DNA of 57,867 nucleotides from a virus: IMG/VR virus record IMGVR_UViG_3300028534_000013, positions 1-57,867 of that record; one strand, written 5' to 3'. The position numbers and the translations under genes were made by a program. The notes under the pieces were generated by a model. The model ran no database searches and was not told the origin of the DNA. It saw nothing but the letters and a program-made list of their open reading frames with translations. This document shows positions 28,485 to 37,043 of the stretch, piece by piece. Position 1 is the stretch's first letter; each line of letters begins with the position of its first letter.

Positions 28485-28914
28485 TTTGCTCTCCTTCGAT
28501 TCGTTCGGTAACACATTTGATTAAGTTGTCGAACTGTGTCAATTTGTTTTCGCAGTCTTTTTTGCTTTCCTCAAAAAGCTCTTTTACTGCTTTAAAGAAA
28601 TACACATCCTTATCATCTGTTTCAATTTTTTCAACCACCACATCTCTTCCGGTGAGATATAAAATCCACACCGACTTATCAGAAAAAACAATAGTTGCAT
28701 CAGCCATCTCTTTTAACGGGTCGCTGACGTCTGCCGCTACAACAACTCCGTCAGGCAAAGAATTTCTATTTGAAAACACATCTTCAATATATTTAGGCAT
28801 TTCACCTTCAATATACTCTTCAGCTCCAAAATTAAGCTCCATGCAATAATTCCTCCAGATACCCGTCTGATTTTCAAAATTCCAAACCCTGTTAATCCAT
28901 AGATTCATTTCCAT
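28477..28914 (-). CDS. Hypothetical protein
   Basis: AAGGAG RBS. Confidence 0.7.
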   Translation of the reverse strand: MEMNLWINRVWNFENQTGIWRNYCMELNFGAEEYIEGEMPKYIEDVFSNRNSLPDGVVVAADVSDPLKEMADATIVFSDKSVWILYLTGRDVVVEKIETDDKDVYFFKAVKELFEESKKDCENKLTQFDNLIKCVTERIEGEQNE

Positions 28915-28923
28915 TTTTACTCC

Positions 28924-29424
28924 TTAAATAAAATCTTCTTCAAAATCAAAATCGAAATATTTTTCAGTTAGTTCATCATACACCCCAAGCACCAGTTCAG
29001 GCTCTCCATCTGAGTAAATCTCTCTGTATTTATCCAATTCTTCAAAAGCTACTTCTTCACCCCAATACTTCTCAAGTTCATCTCCCTGCTCCTGAAGAGA
29101 TTTAATTACTTTAAATCCTGTTTTACAAGCATCTCTATCTGAGCAATAACCAAACATATCAAAAAACCAGGCACAGTCTTCAGCTTTTTTAAACCCGTCA
29201 TATTCAAGATAGTACGAATAGTTGTCCAAAATAGCCAACATCATTAGAGTAGCCAAATATTTGTCTGAATATTTAACCCCGTTTATCTCTCTGATGAATT
29301 CTGCATCTCCCTCGAATTCTCCGATTGTGTATTTAAACTTAACTTTCTGAATTTCGTTTGCGCTGAATTTTTGAGTCTCACCACCTACTTCCCTTATAAC
29401 CAAAGGTACTTTTTTCATAATCAT
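28924..29424 (-). CDS. Acidic hypothetical protein
   Basis: Start near 29424/29418 behind AAGGAG. Confidence 0.7.
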   Translation of the reverse strand: MIMKKVPLVIREVGGETQKFSANEIQKVKFKYTIGEFEGDAEFIREINGVKYSDKYLATLMMLAILDNYSYYLEYDGFKKAEDCAWFFDMFGYCSDRDACKTGFKVIKSLQEQGDELEKYWGEEVAFEELDKYREIYSDGEPELVLGVYDELTEKYFDFDFEEDFI

Positions 29425-29431
29425 GCTCCTT

Positions 29432-29725
29432 TTACACTGTGATAAAGACATTGTCGGCCTCCTCTTCTGTGTACCCCTCTTCTTTAATCCAATACTCATA
29501 TTCTATTTCGCACCATTTTCTAACAGCTTCTTCACTATCATCAAAATTACCTGTATCGTAATCATCCCAGTCTTCAACATTATCTGCATCACTATCGTCA
29601 ATTAAATACTGTTTTGCTCCACAGCATTGACATTCTTCATTTTCATACCAGTTTATTGCTCTGCACTCTCTGCACACTTTATAATCACTTGGTTTTTGAA
29701 AAATCCTTATTAGTTCGTGTTGCAT
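29432..29725 (-). CDS. Zinc-ribbon protein with acidic tail
   Basis: CRECRAIN...CQCCG. Confidence 0.7.
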   Translation of the reverse strand: MQHELIRIFQKPSDYKVCRECRAINWYENEECQCCGAKQYLIDDSDADNVEDWDDYDTGNFDDSEEAVRKWCEIEYEYWIKEEGYTEEEADNVFITV

Positions 29726-29735
29726 ATTTACCTCC

Positions 29736-30104
29736 TTAATTCATATATACGAAATTGTAATTATTTCTTGAGCCGTCTAAAATAACAACTCTCCAATTTT
29801 TCTTTCTTGCAAATTTTTCACGAATTTTCCAAAACATATCTTCCGTGTTAGTTAAAAACTCAACTTCATCCACATGTTTTAAATAAGTTCTCAAGTTCCT
29901 AAGGCTGTTTAAAGTCTCTTCGTCTTCCACCGCAACAATGCCAATTTTTTTGTTGTCTTTTTTCATAACCAAATCAAAAAACGTTCTACCAATCTCTTTG
30001 AACTCTGAAACAAGCTTCCATCCGGCAAATACCAACCAAAGCTTTCTGAATTCAATTACGTCCATTATGTCAGATTGAACTTCAGTAAACATTCTCATTT
30101 TCAT
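29736..30104 (-). CDS. Restriction-endonuclease-fold-like protein
   Basis: SEFKEIG..FDLVMKKD..IGIVAVED; weak. Confidence 0.55.
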   Translation of the reverse strand: MKMRMFTEVQSDIMDVIEFRKLWLVFAGWKLVSEFKEIGRTFFDLVMKKDNKKIGIVAVEDEETLNSLRNLRTYLKHVDEVEFLTNTEDMFWKIREKFARKKNWRVVILDGSRNNYNFVYMN

Positions 30105-30113
30105 TTTACCTCC

Positions 30114-30353
30114 TTATGGTACCCAGTATAAAATATGACCGTCTCCATCTACTTCAAATCTTTTTAAAGAATTCACATATTTGAAATGCGGTTTCAACTG
30201 TTTCATTATTTCATTTTCATATTCGTGAGACAATTCTAAATCTTCAACCACATCGTTTTCAAGTTCAGAAATCAACTTCTCATCTTGAACGTCCAATTCT
30301 ATTTCTGTGTAATAAAGACATGGAATTGCAACTTTAATTTTTTTCTTACCCAT
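30114..30353 (-). CDS. Hypothetical protein
   Basis: AAGGAG RBS. Confidence 0.7.
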   Translation of the reverse strand: MGKKKIKVAIPCLYYTEIELDVQDEKLISELENDVVEDLELSHEYENEIMKQLKPHFKYVNSLKRFEVDGDGHILYWVP

Positions 30354-30704
30354 TAAGTCTCCTTTTAAATTATTGTCTACACACTTTAAAACATATGCGT
30401 TTTTAATGCCTAGCTCAAACGCTAATGAAAGAAATACTTTTCTTTAGTACCTACATAGCACACAAGCAATAAAATCTCTTATATCGCTTTATTTTAATCA
30501 TTTTATCTTCAAATACAATTTGATAAAAATAAAATAACAATTGAAAAAATTTTTAAACATTTTTAGTTATTGCCTTTTTTTAGGGGCTATAGAAGACTCA
30601 CTCGAACATAATGGTTTTTTAAGCCAACATAAATTTTCTCATTTCCCTAAAAATCATAATTTTAACACTTGCACATTTCTTTTTTTAGCTTTTTAATTTC
30701 AGCT

Positions 30705-30829
30705 TTTCTATGCACCCTTCAAAAACACGGAGAGTGAACTACATTTTCCTGTTGTAATTTAGGCGTTTTGTAAAAGCCATTTACAAAGTATCACTTAGTA
30801 TCATTTCCCTAAATTACGGGGTATAGAAA
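30705..30829 (+). other. Nested inverted-repeat structure in the largest non-coding gap
   Basis: Stems 30705-30717/30818-30829, 30754-30763/30808-30817, 30767-30774/30780-30787. Confidence 0.5.
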
Positions 30830-31023
30830 CAGCATATACGCACAAAAGGGTAAGGTAGTGAAAAAAATACTGTTTTTCTTTAAAAAACAAACTAACACAA
30901 TAGGAAATTTACACGTTTTTTGGGGATGTTTTTGGAAATTTTATACATTTTTAAACATAAAATATGCTATTACGATATAAAATGAAAACATTTTACGAAA
31001 AAGATGTTATTTTTTTGAAGATT

Positions 31024-31053
31024 AAAAGGAAAAAGGAAGGGGATTTAGTCCCC
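31024..31053 (-). terminator. Intrinsic terminator GGGGA-CTAAA-TCCCC plus pyrimidine tract
   Basis: 5-bp GC-rich stem followed by TTCCTTTTTCCTTTT on minus strand. Confidence 0.65.
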
Positions 31054-31108
31054 ATCAAGGAGAAAGAAATGAAAAAATTGTTTCTTAGCACAGCTGCGGT
31101 TGCCGGGC
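31024..31108 (-). ncRNA. Candidate anti-RBS antisense sRNA (~80 nt)
   Basis: TGATATAAT promoter (31115-31123), core UUUUUUCAUUUCUUUCUCCUUG, own terminator. Confidence 0.6.
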
Positions 31109-31114
31109 AACATT

Positions 31115-31123
31115 ATTATATCA
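31115..31123 (-). promoter_or_regulatory. Extended -10 promoter TGATATAAT
   Basis: Perfect TGnTATAAT. Confidence 0.6.
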
Positions 31124-31348
31124 TTATTTTTTCTTTGTGACAAGATAAATTAAATGATACAATACCGCAAACCAGCTTAACAATGAAGACATCAATAATA
31201 TAATTATTGCCTCTTCTTTTGTTATGGTCTCTCCGCTTTCCTCTTTTATTTCTTTGACAATATTTTCATGTTCATGATTGAATATAAACATCCCCAATAA
31301 TATCGCAACTATCACTCCAACTACATACACATTAAGCATCACCTTCAC
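31124..31348 (-). CDS. Two-TM membrane protein
   Basis: Two hydrophobic helices; GGAGG RBS. Confidence 0.7.
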   Translation of the reverse strand: MKVMLNVYVVGVIVAILLGMFIFNHEHENIVKEIKEESGETITKEEAIIILLMSSLLSWFAVLYHLIYLVTKKK

Positions 31349-31628
31349 CTCCGTTTTTTATTTTATAATACATTTTCAGCAATTTAAGCAGTCTGGGGTC
31401 GCTTTCATTCATATCAAAAACAACCATTGCATCATTCTCTAATTCTTTTTCACTGCAATATTTTTCCGCAGATTCAATATCTAAAAAAAGACCAACTAGA
31501 ATATTATCAATAACCACACCAACAAGACTATTTTCATACCCATCATAAGAATCGAGTTTCCAATTGTCGTTATCGAGATTTATATCATCTATCTCTTTAA
31601 CAAACTCTACACACGTAATTACACTCAT
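31332..31628 (-). CDS. Hypothetical protein
   Basis: AAGGAGG RBS. Confidence 0.7.
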   Translation of the reverse strand: MSVITCVEFVKEIDDINLDNDNWKLDSYDGYENSLVGVVIDNILVGLFLDIESAEKYCSEKELENDAMVVFDMNESDPRLLKLLKMYYKIKNGGEGDA

Positions 31629-31637
31629 ACATCCTCC

Positions 31638-31886
31638 TTACATATAAATTTCAATAACATCGGCTTCGTTTACCTTAGAAATATCGTCCTCAGTTAAAAT
31701 ACTGAGCAAAAAGGATTTTATTTTATCCTCTTCGTTTTCCTCTTTAACAATTCTCATAATTAAAAAATTCTCTTCCATAGGAACAAGCACTGAAAAAGAA
31801 ATATCACTTTTTTCAGCAAGCTCAATGACTTTAAATCTATTTATATTTTCAGGCAAATCAAAATCTATAGTTATATACATACACAC
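31638..31886 (-). CDS. Hypothetical protein
   Basis: AAGGAG RBS. Confidence 0.65.
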   Translation of the reverse strand: MCMYITIDFDLPENINRFKVIELAEKSDISFSVLVPMEENFLIMRIVKEENEEDKIKSFLLSILTEDDISKVNEADVIEIYM

Positions 31887-31889
31887 TCC

Positions 31890-32153
31890 TTATACGTCAA
31901 GCCATGCTTGAACTATTTCTACATCCCCCAGTTCTTTTGACGAATACCCTATGCCGTTTATAGTTTTGTCATCATCACATTCTAAATCTAACAACTCAAA
32001 TTCAACATACGGTCCGCTATCGGTTTCCCTTTCAGTATAACTACTGTATTCTGTATTGTCCTCAAGAAACTCTTTAAGGTTTTCATAATCATCTTCGTCT
32101 ATTACAAAATATGCAACCTTTGTTATAAAAGGTTTGTATTTTTTATCCTCCAT
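31890..32153 (-). CDS. Small acidic hypothetical protein
   Basis: AAGGAG RBS, TAATG coupling. Confidence 0.7.
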   Translation of the reverse strand: MEDKKYKPFITKVAYFVIDEDDYENLKEFLEDNTEYSSYTERETDSGPYVEFELLDLECDDDKTINGIGYSSKELGDVEIVQAWLDV

Positions 32154-32542
32154 TACAGCTCCTTAAATAATGGTTTTGTTATAGAAAGCTCTATAGCTCT
32201 ATCAATCATTTTCTCTGCATCGCTTAAACGAATTATTTTAAATTGAAATTCTGATTTTATTTTTTTTAATTCGTTCATAGCAATTTTCAGCTTATCGTTA
32301 TCTTCAACCTTAATTACAATGTTTCCATTGTTAAAATCTACACTTACATATTTACTGTTTTCAAACATCACAACTACATCTTCAACACTTTTTGAAACCA
32401 CATAAGAACCGTCTTTTATAAATTTTTTTAGATATTCTGCTGCGGCTGAAGAATTAAGTTTTGATAAATCTATTTTTTTATCTGATAGATGTTTGTAAAT
32501 TTCATTGAAATCAAATTCCCCCTGATACTCTATTTTTGCCAT
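32153..32542 (-). CDS. Hypothetical protein
   Basis: AGGAG RBS. Confidence 0.7.
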   Translation of the reverse strand: MAKIEYQGEFDFNEIYKHLSDKKIDLSKLNSSAAAEYLKKFIKDGSYVVSKSVEDVVVMFENSKYVSVDFNNGNIVIKVEDNDKLKIAMNELKKIKSEFQFKIIRLSDAEKMIDRAIELSITKPLFKEL

Positions 32543-32543
32543 T

Positions 32544-32945
32544 TCATCTCCTGTTTCTCAAAAATTGTTTAGCTTCGTCTAAATCAGACAAAGACACAAG
32601 CTCTCCGTTTTTAACATAAAACCAGTGCCTCTTGTCAACTTTTCTTCCAGTTTCAAGGCGTACTTCAATTACATCATTTTCAGAAATCTCCACATCCCAA
32701 TCCTCTTTATAAAACCTCTTTTTCTTGCACCATTCCTTGCCGTTTGACGGAACAAACTCCCTATCAACCTCATCACCACATAAAAACAATTTGGCCACAT
32801 ATGCGGGACCAAATTTAGGATAAAAGCAACCTTCAGTCTTAAAGTGCACCCATTTGTTTTCCCTCCTTTTTGCTAATTCTAATTTAGCTTCCTCTATTAA
32901 CTGTTCAAGCTCTTCATCTGTTAACAATTCAAGCTTTAACATCAA
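32544..32945 (-). CDS. Hypothetical protein
   Basis: Tiling. Confidence 0.7.
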   Translation of the reverse strand: MMLKLELLTDEELEQLIEEAKLELAKRRENKWVHFKTEGCFYPKFGPAYVAKLFLCGDEVDREFVPSNGKEWCKKKRFYKEDWDVEISENDVIEVRLETGRKVDKRHWFYVKNGELVSLSDLDEAKQFLRNRR

Positions 32946-33366
32946 AACTTCTTTTTTTTAGTTTGTCATTAATAAGCCTTCTGATATTTGCCTTTAGCTC
33001 TTCACGCTCTTTAATCTCTTCACATTTTTCACCTTCAATAACAGATTCTTTTTTTTCGGCCTCTTTTTTTATCCTGTTTATTTCGCAACTAAGTTCTTTA
33101 ACTGTTTTAACCTTTTTATTTTTCTGATAACCCATTTCGACAAGAGCTTCCAAAAGCGCTTTGTTTGAAGTTTTGAGCGAGTCTATCTCTCTTTGCATTT
33201 CAACTTTTTCCTTCAACAGGTCCTGAGCTCTCCAATACCAATCAATTAAATTTCTCCTATCTGCTTCTATCTCTTCGTTTTTCTTTTCAAGGCTTTTTAT
33301 AACCTTAAGAGATTTTTCAAGCAGTTCTTCAAGCCACACAATTCTAGCTCTTAATTTTTTAGACAT
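32929..33366 (-). CDS. Coiled-coil protein
   Basis: AAGGAG RBS; heptad pattern. Confidence 0.7.
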   Translation of the reverse strand: MSKKLRARIVWLEELLEKSLKVIKSLEKKNEEIEADRRNLIDWYWRAQDLLKEKVEMQREIDSLKTSNKALLEALVEMGYQKNKKVKTVKELSCEINRIKKEAEKKESVIEGEKCEEIKEREELKANIRRLINDKLKKRSFDVKA

Positions 33367-33411
33367 GACATCTCCTTTTAATTTGATTAATTTAACAACG
33401 AATTAAATAAT

Positions 33412-33446
33412 AAAAAAATGAGAAAAAGGGCGCAGTGTTATTGCCC
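33412..33446 (-). terminator. Putative terminator closing the virion operon
   Basis: GGGC...GCCC stem followed by TTTTTCTCATTTTTTT. Confidence 0.45.
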
Positions 33447-33480
33447 AATTATATATAACAGGAAATTGTTCTTTTTCCCG

Positions 33481-34149
33481 TTATGCGTAAGCGTGTTGTA
33501 GTGATAGTTTTTTTTGTAAAGAAGGTTTTTTGTTTCTACCCTGTAAAGCAGATTTTATTTCGCTTAAAGCCTGATGTTTTTCTTGAGTTTTTTTGGATGC
33601 CTCTGCCAGTTCGTTTCTCATCTTACTTAATTGTGCTTGAGAATATCCTTTGAACGGCTGTGGTTGATGGTATAATCTTGCTGCGTGTCTATATTTGTCA
33701 TACATAGTTTTACCGTTTGGGCTTAAAGACTTTAAAGCACCTGGAGCACCTTTTAGAGATTGTCTATTCATATACTCCAAAGCTTTTCCGGTTCCGCTTA
33801 ATTCGTGAAGTATGTTTTGAAGAGCTGCTGTCTTATTTAACTTTCTGCTTCTTCTTTTTAAATAAGCATACCCTTTTTGCGCACCTATAGTTCCGGCTAC
33901 ACCAAGACCAACACCAATACCAACCTTTTTAGCTGTTCCTTGAGCGGCATCTTTAAGTCTGTCTTTATATTTTGAAATTTCTTTTGAATGTTTTAGTCTT
34001 TCATTTTTAACAAGGTCCAACGCTATTTTTTTACTGTCATCATCTAAAAGCTCTATAGGGTTTTTAAGATTTTCAGGTCTTGCAGCCTTTACAGCCCTAT
34101 ATACTTTAAAAGGATTAACAGTAAAGGCCTTTTTATATAATCCGCTCAT
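33481..34149 (-). CDS. Basic putative virion protein with Gly-rich TM-like segment
   Basis: KKA and KTA sites; VGIGVGLGVAGTIG. Confidence 0.6.
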   Translation of the reverse strand: MSGLYKKAFTVNPFKVYRAVKAARPENLKNPIELLDDDSKKIALDLVKNERLKHSKEISKYKDRLKDAAQGTAKKVGIGVGLGVAGTIGAQKGYAYLKRRSRKLNKTAALQNILHELSGTGKALEYMNRQSLKGAPGALKSLSPNGKTMYDKYRHAARLYHQPQPFKGYSQAQLSKMRNELAEASKKTQEKHQALSEIKSALQGRNKKPSLQKKLSLQHAYA

Positions 34150-34177
34150 TTTTTCCCTTTATAAAACTGGAAAGGGA

Positions 34178-35194
34178 CTATTTGTCCTTGTTTCCAGCTA
34201 CTGCTCTATATGTTCCGTAACCAACTGCTCCAGCACCTGCTGCTGTTCCACCAATTGCAAGAGCTTGTCTTTTTCTGATTTGACCTAGTGATTTTTTAGC
34301 TTCTTTAGCTCTCTCTTCTTCTTGTCTAGCTTTAGAAGACCATTTTTTAGCTTGTTGCTCATGTCTGTATTGAGCTTTACTTCCTAGTTTAGATGCTTTC
34401 TTGGTGTCTACTTTTTTAGCTGAACCTACTATTTTCTCATAAGCGGCTTTGCCTTTTTCTCTTTCTTTTGATGCAAGATTTTTAGCGGCTTCACTTCTTT
34501 GTGTAGCATATCTTAGTCTTCTTGAAACATTGTCGGCACCTTTTCCTGTAATTGCTGCCTTATAACTTCCCCAAGCTTTTTTTGCCATGTTTTTAATGTC
34601 GCCTGTATATAGTTTTTTAGCTCCTTCTATTGTACTGTCCACCGCACCTTTAATGCTTGCAGCCTCTTTAGCAATTTCAAGAGCTTCTTCAGGAGTTAAT
34701 CCTGTTTCAGCGTAAATAGCTTCAGCTACTTTTTCTGCAAATTCTAGATGCTCATCAGTATAACCAAGCTCTACCGCTTCGCTAGCAACTTTTTCATCAA
34801 CGCTTCCGTCTTCGTAAATAGATGATGCAAGAATCATTGCGTCTTCAAACGGCATTCCAGCTTCTTCAACATAAGTAGCGTATTCTGCAACTTTATCCAT
34901 TAAATCAGCTGCTCCTGCTGAAATTTCTTCAGCTACCTTAATCATGTCTTCGTCAACTCCGCCAAGGAATTCTGCAACTTCAACAAGCGCTGCACTTTGC
35001 TCTGGAGTTAGTTCGCTTTCTACAACGCTTGCAACTTTTTCGTCAAGAACATTACCGTCTTCATCTGTTAGAGAAAGTGTAACAAGCCCTCCAATAGGGT
35101 CAACTCCGTTAGCCTCTAAATAATCCATTGCTTCAGCAATTTTCTCAATCGCTTCATCGTTTTGATAGCCAGCTAGTTTTAATAAATTAGCCAT
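34178..35194 (-). CDS. Putative internal virion protein, acidic duplicated N-half and basic C-half
   Basis: Repeated K[VIL]A motifs, C-terminal Gly zipper. Confidence 0.65.
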   Translation of the reverse strand: MANLLKLAGYQNDEAIEKIAEAMDYLEANGVDPIGGLVTLSLTDEDGNVLDEKVASVVESELTPEQSAALVEVAEFLGGVDEDMIKVAEEISAGAADLMDKVAEYATYVEEAGMPFEDAMILASSIYEDGSVDEKVASEAVELGYTDEHLEFAEKVAEAIYAETGLTPEEALEIAKEAASIKGAVDSTIEGAKKLYTGDIKNMAKKAWGSYKAAITGKGADNVSRRLRYATQRSEAAKNLASKEREKGKAAYEKIVGSAKKVDTKKASKLGSKAQYRHEQQAKKWSSKARQEEERAKEAKKSLGQIRKRQALAIGGTAAGAGAVGYGTYRAVAGNKDK

Positions 35195-35226
35195 TTATTC
35201 TCCTTTGGTTTAATTTTGTTTTCCTA

Positions 35227-35255
35227 ATTGTATTCTAAAAAAATATTCTTGTCAA
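35227..35255 (-). promoter_or_regulatory. Sigma70-type promoter TTGACA-N17-TACAAT
   Basis: Canonical hexamers and spacing upstream of the 338-aa gene. Confidence 0.65.
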
Positions 35256-35256
35256 A

Positions 35257-37008
35257 TTATTGTTGGGTGTTTCCGTCTTGTGACTGCGTTTTTTGTTTTT
35301 GGTCTAAAAATTCCATTCTCCATCTCACTACAGCGTACAGTACAGGATTTTCTTTTGCAAGTTCATCAAGTTTTGATTTTCTGACCCCATAATCCATACT
35401 TTGAAGCTGTTGAACATATGTGTCAGCCTCTTGAATAATCGCTGTTTGGTTTATGTTCCATGCAGAAGAATTCTCCATCATTGATTCTTGTTTTATTTTG
35501 TCTTCAAGTGATGTTGCTACATCTTGTTGGTATCTTTGAAGCTCTAATTGTCTTCTTATATCCTCTTTTTGCTCTTCCATCATTCTTTCTTGCTCTTTAT
35601 GGTAATCCAAATCAAAGAAATCAAGTGCAGTATGACCAGAAACTTTTCCGGCCTGAAGAAGATTTAACATATTTTGTTTATCAGCTATATCATCTATCAG
35701 TTTTATAGGAACTAATTTAACTTTTATTTGTTCTTTATTTATCCTGTTTGCTATTTGTCTTATAATAAAATTAGCAACCTGCTCCAAAGATTTTGTTAAT
35801 TCTATAAGTTGATTTTGTAAAACCCTTAATGATGCTCCGGCGCCTGAATAACTTAAACCTCCTTTTACAAATTCAGGAGGAACACCTATAGATGTCATAA
35901 TCATAGTTGAGTATGCGTCTATTTCCTGAGATAATTCAAGATTTTTACCCTCCCCAAACAGGTTTATAGGCTCTAAAGGAATTGGAAAAAATTTAATAGC
36001 GGTAGGGTCTTTTTTCCAGCTTTTTATCAAACCTTCCACTTTGTTTTTTAAATCACTTCCGCCCATATAGTTATATATAGGCTGCTGGTCTACACCTTGA
36101 ACTCTAGGAACTAGACCACGCAAAGGAAGTATCATATCTGAATATATCTTCTCATTCATTTTTCTTAGCAAAAGCAATGAAATCATATCAGGGATAGCAG
36201 AAGTAAGCATTGGTATTCCCCATGATGTATTGGTTGAATTAAATTTTCTGTTTCTTACATGTAAAACGCTTGTTTCATTAAACTTTATTTTACCGTCAGT
36301 AAGGGAAGCTATTATTATATCTTTTGGCAAATTAAACAATTTATCCTTGTTTCCGTTTTTTATAAGCTCTTTATCAGCCTCTGACGGATTATAATATATA
36401 GTTTTAACGCCAGTTATTTCATCTTCATATAAATCTATACTGTTTACAGGCCAAGATATAATCTTCATTCTTGATAAATCTTCTATAGGCCTGTCCGATA
36501 TTGTAAAAGCTGTTTCTTTTCCACACGAAGGACATATTCCTGTAAACACAAGTTCTTTATTGTTTACTTTCGGTTTTAATTTTACATCTTCTACATTTTT
36601 TCTTTTAAATTTTGTTTCACAACTTGAACATGTTATAGTTCTGTCTATTGGAAAATTAACAGAAATAAACTGATTTGCATATAAAAGAAAGTTAAAACCT
36701 ATTTCTTTCAATCTTTCTATAATTCCAACTTCATCTTCCAAAATACTCTTCCAGCTTAACGCATCGTCTTGAGTTAACTCTGTTAAATCATTCGACAAAT
36801 ATGATAAGCTTGTGATAGAAATAGATGCCATTTTGTCTAACGCAGATTGAACCATTGGAACATTCGCAGTAATAAAATTAACCCACTTAAAAACCTCTTT
36901 TATATCATTAGGCAACACATATTGATATATTGAAGACAGGTAATTGTATTTCTTTAAAAACGTAGTATCATAAAACTCGGTGTTTATTTTTGTAAAAGAT
37001 GGTGTCAT
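35257..37008 (-). CDS. Putative portal protein with Zn-ribbon insert
   Basis: NVPMVQSALD, LHVR..WGIPML, IGVPPEFV.GG.SYS pattern; CSSC/CPSC insert. Confidence 0.65.
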   Translation of the reverse strand: MTPSFTKINTEFYDTTFLKKYNYLSSIYQYVLPNDIKEVFKWVNFITANVPMVQSALDKMASISITSLSYLSNDLTELTQDDALSWKSILEDEVGIIERLKEIGFNFLLYANQFISVNFPIDRTITCSSCETKFKRKNVEDVKLKPKVNNKELVFTGICPSCGKETAFTISDRPIEDLSRMKIISWPVNSIDLYEDEITGVKTIYYNPSEADKELIKNGNKDKLFNLPKDIIIASLTDGKIKFNETSVLHVRNRKFNSTNTSWGIPMLTSAIPDMISLLLLRKMNEKIYSDMILPLRGLVPRVQGVDQQPIYNYMGGSDLKNKVEGLIKSWKKDPTAIKFFPIPLEPINLFGEGKNLELSQEIDAYSTMIMTSIGVPPEFVKGGLSYSGAGASLRVLQNQLIELTKSLEQVANFIIRQIANRINKEQIKVKLVPIKLIDDIADKQNMLNLLQAGKVSGHTALDFFDLDYHKEQERMMEEQKEDIRRQLELQRYQQDVATSLEDKIKQESMMENSSAWNINQTAIIQEADTYVQQLQSMDYGVRKSKLDELAKENPVLYAVVRWRMEFLDQKQKTQSQDGNTQQ

Positions 37009-37043
37009 TTCCGTCCTTTGTGTTTTCTTATTTTAGCATTATA

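Noticed and set aside
23106-31348. Two-TM proteins (23106-23339, 31124-31348) as holins
   Set aside because: No family motif and they lie in the early region
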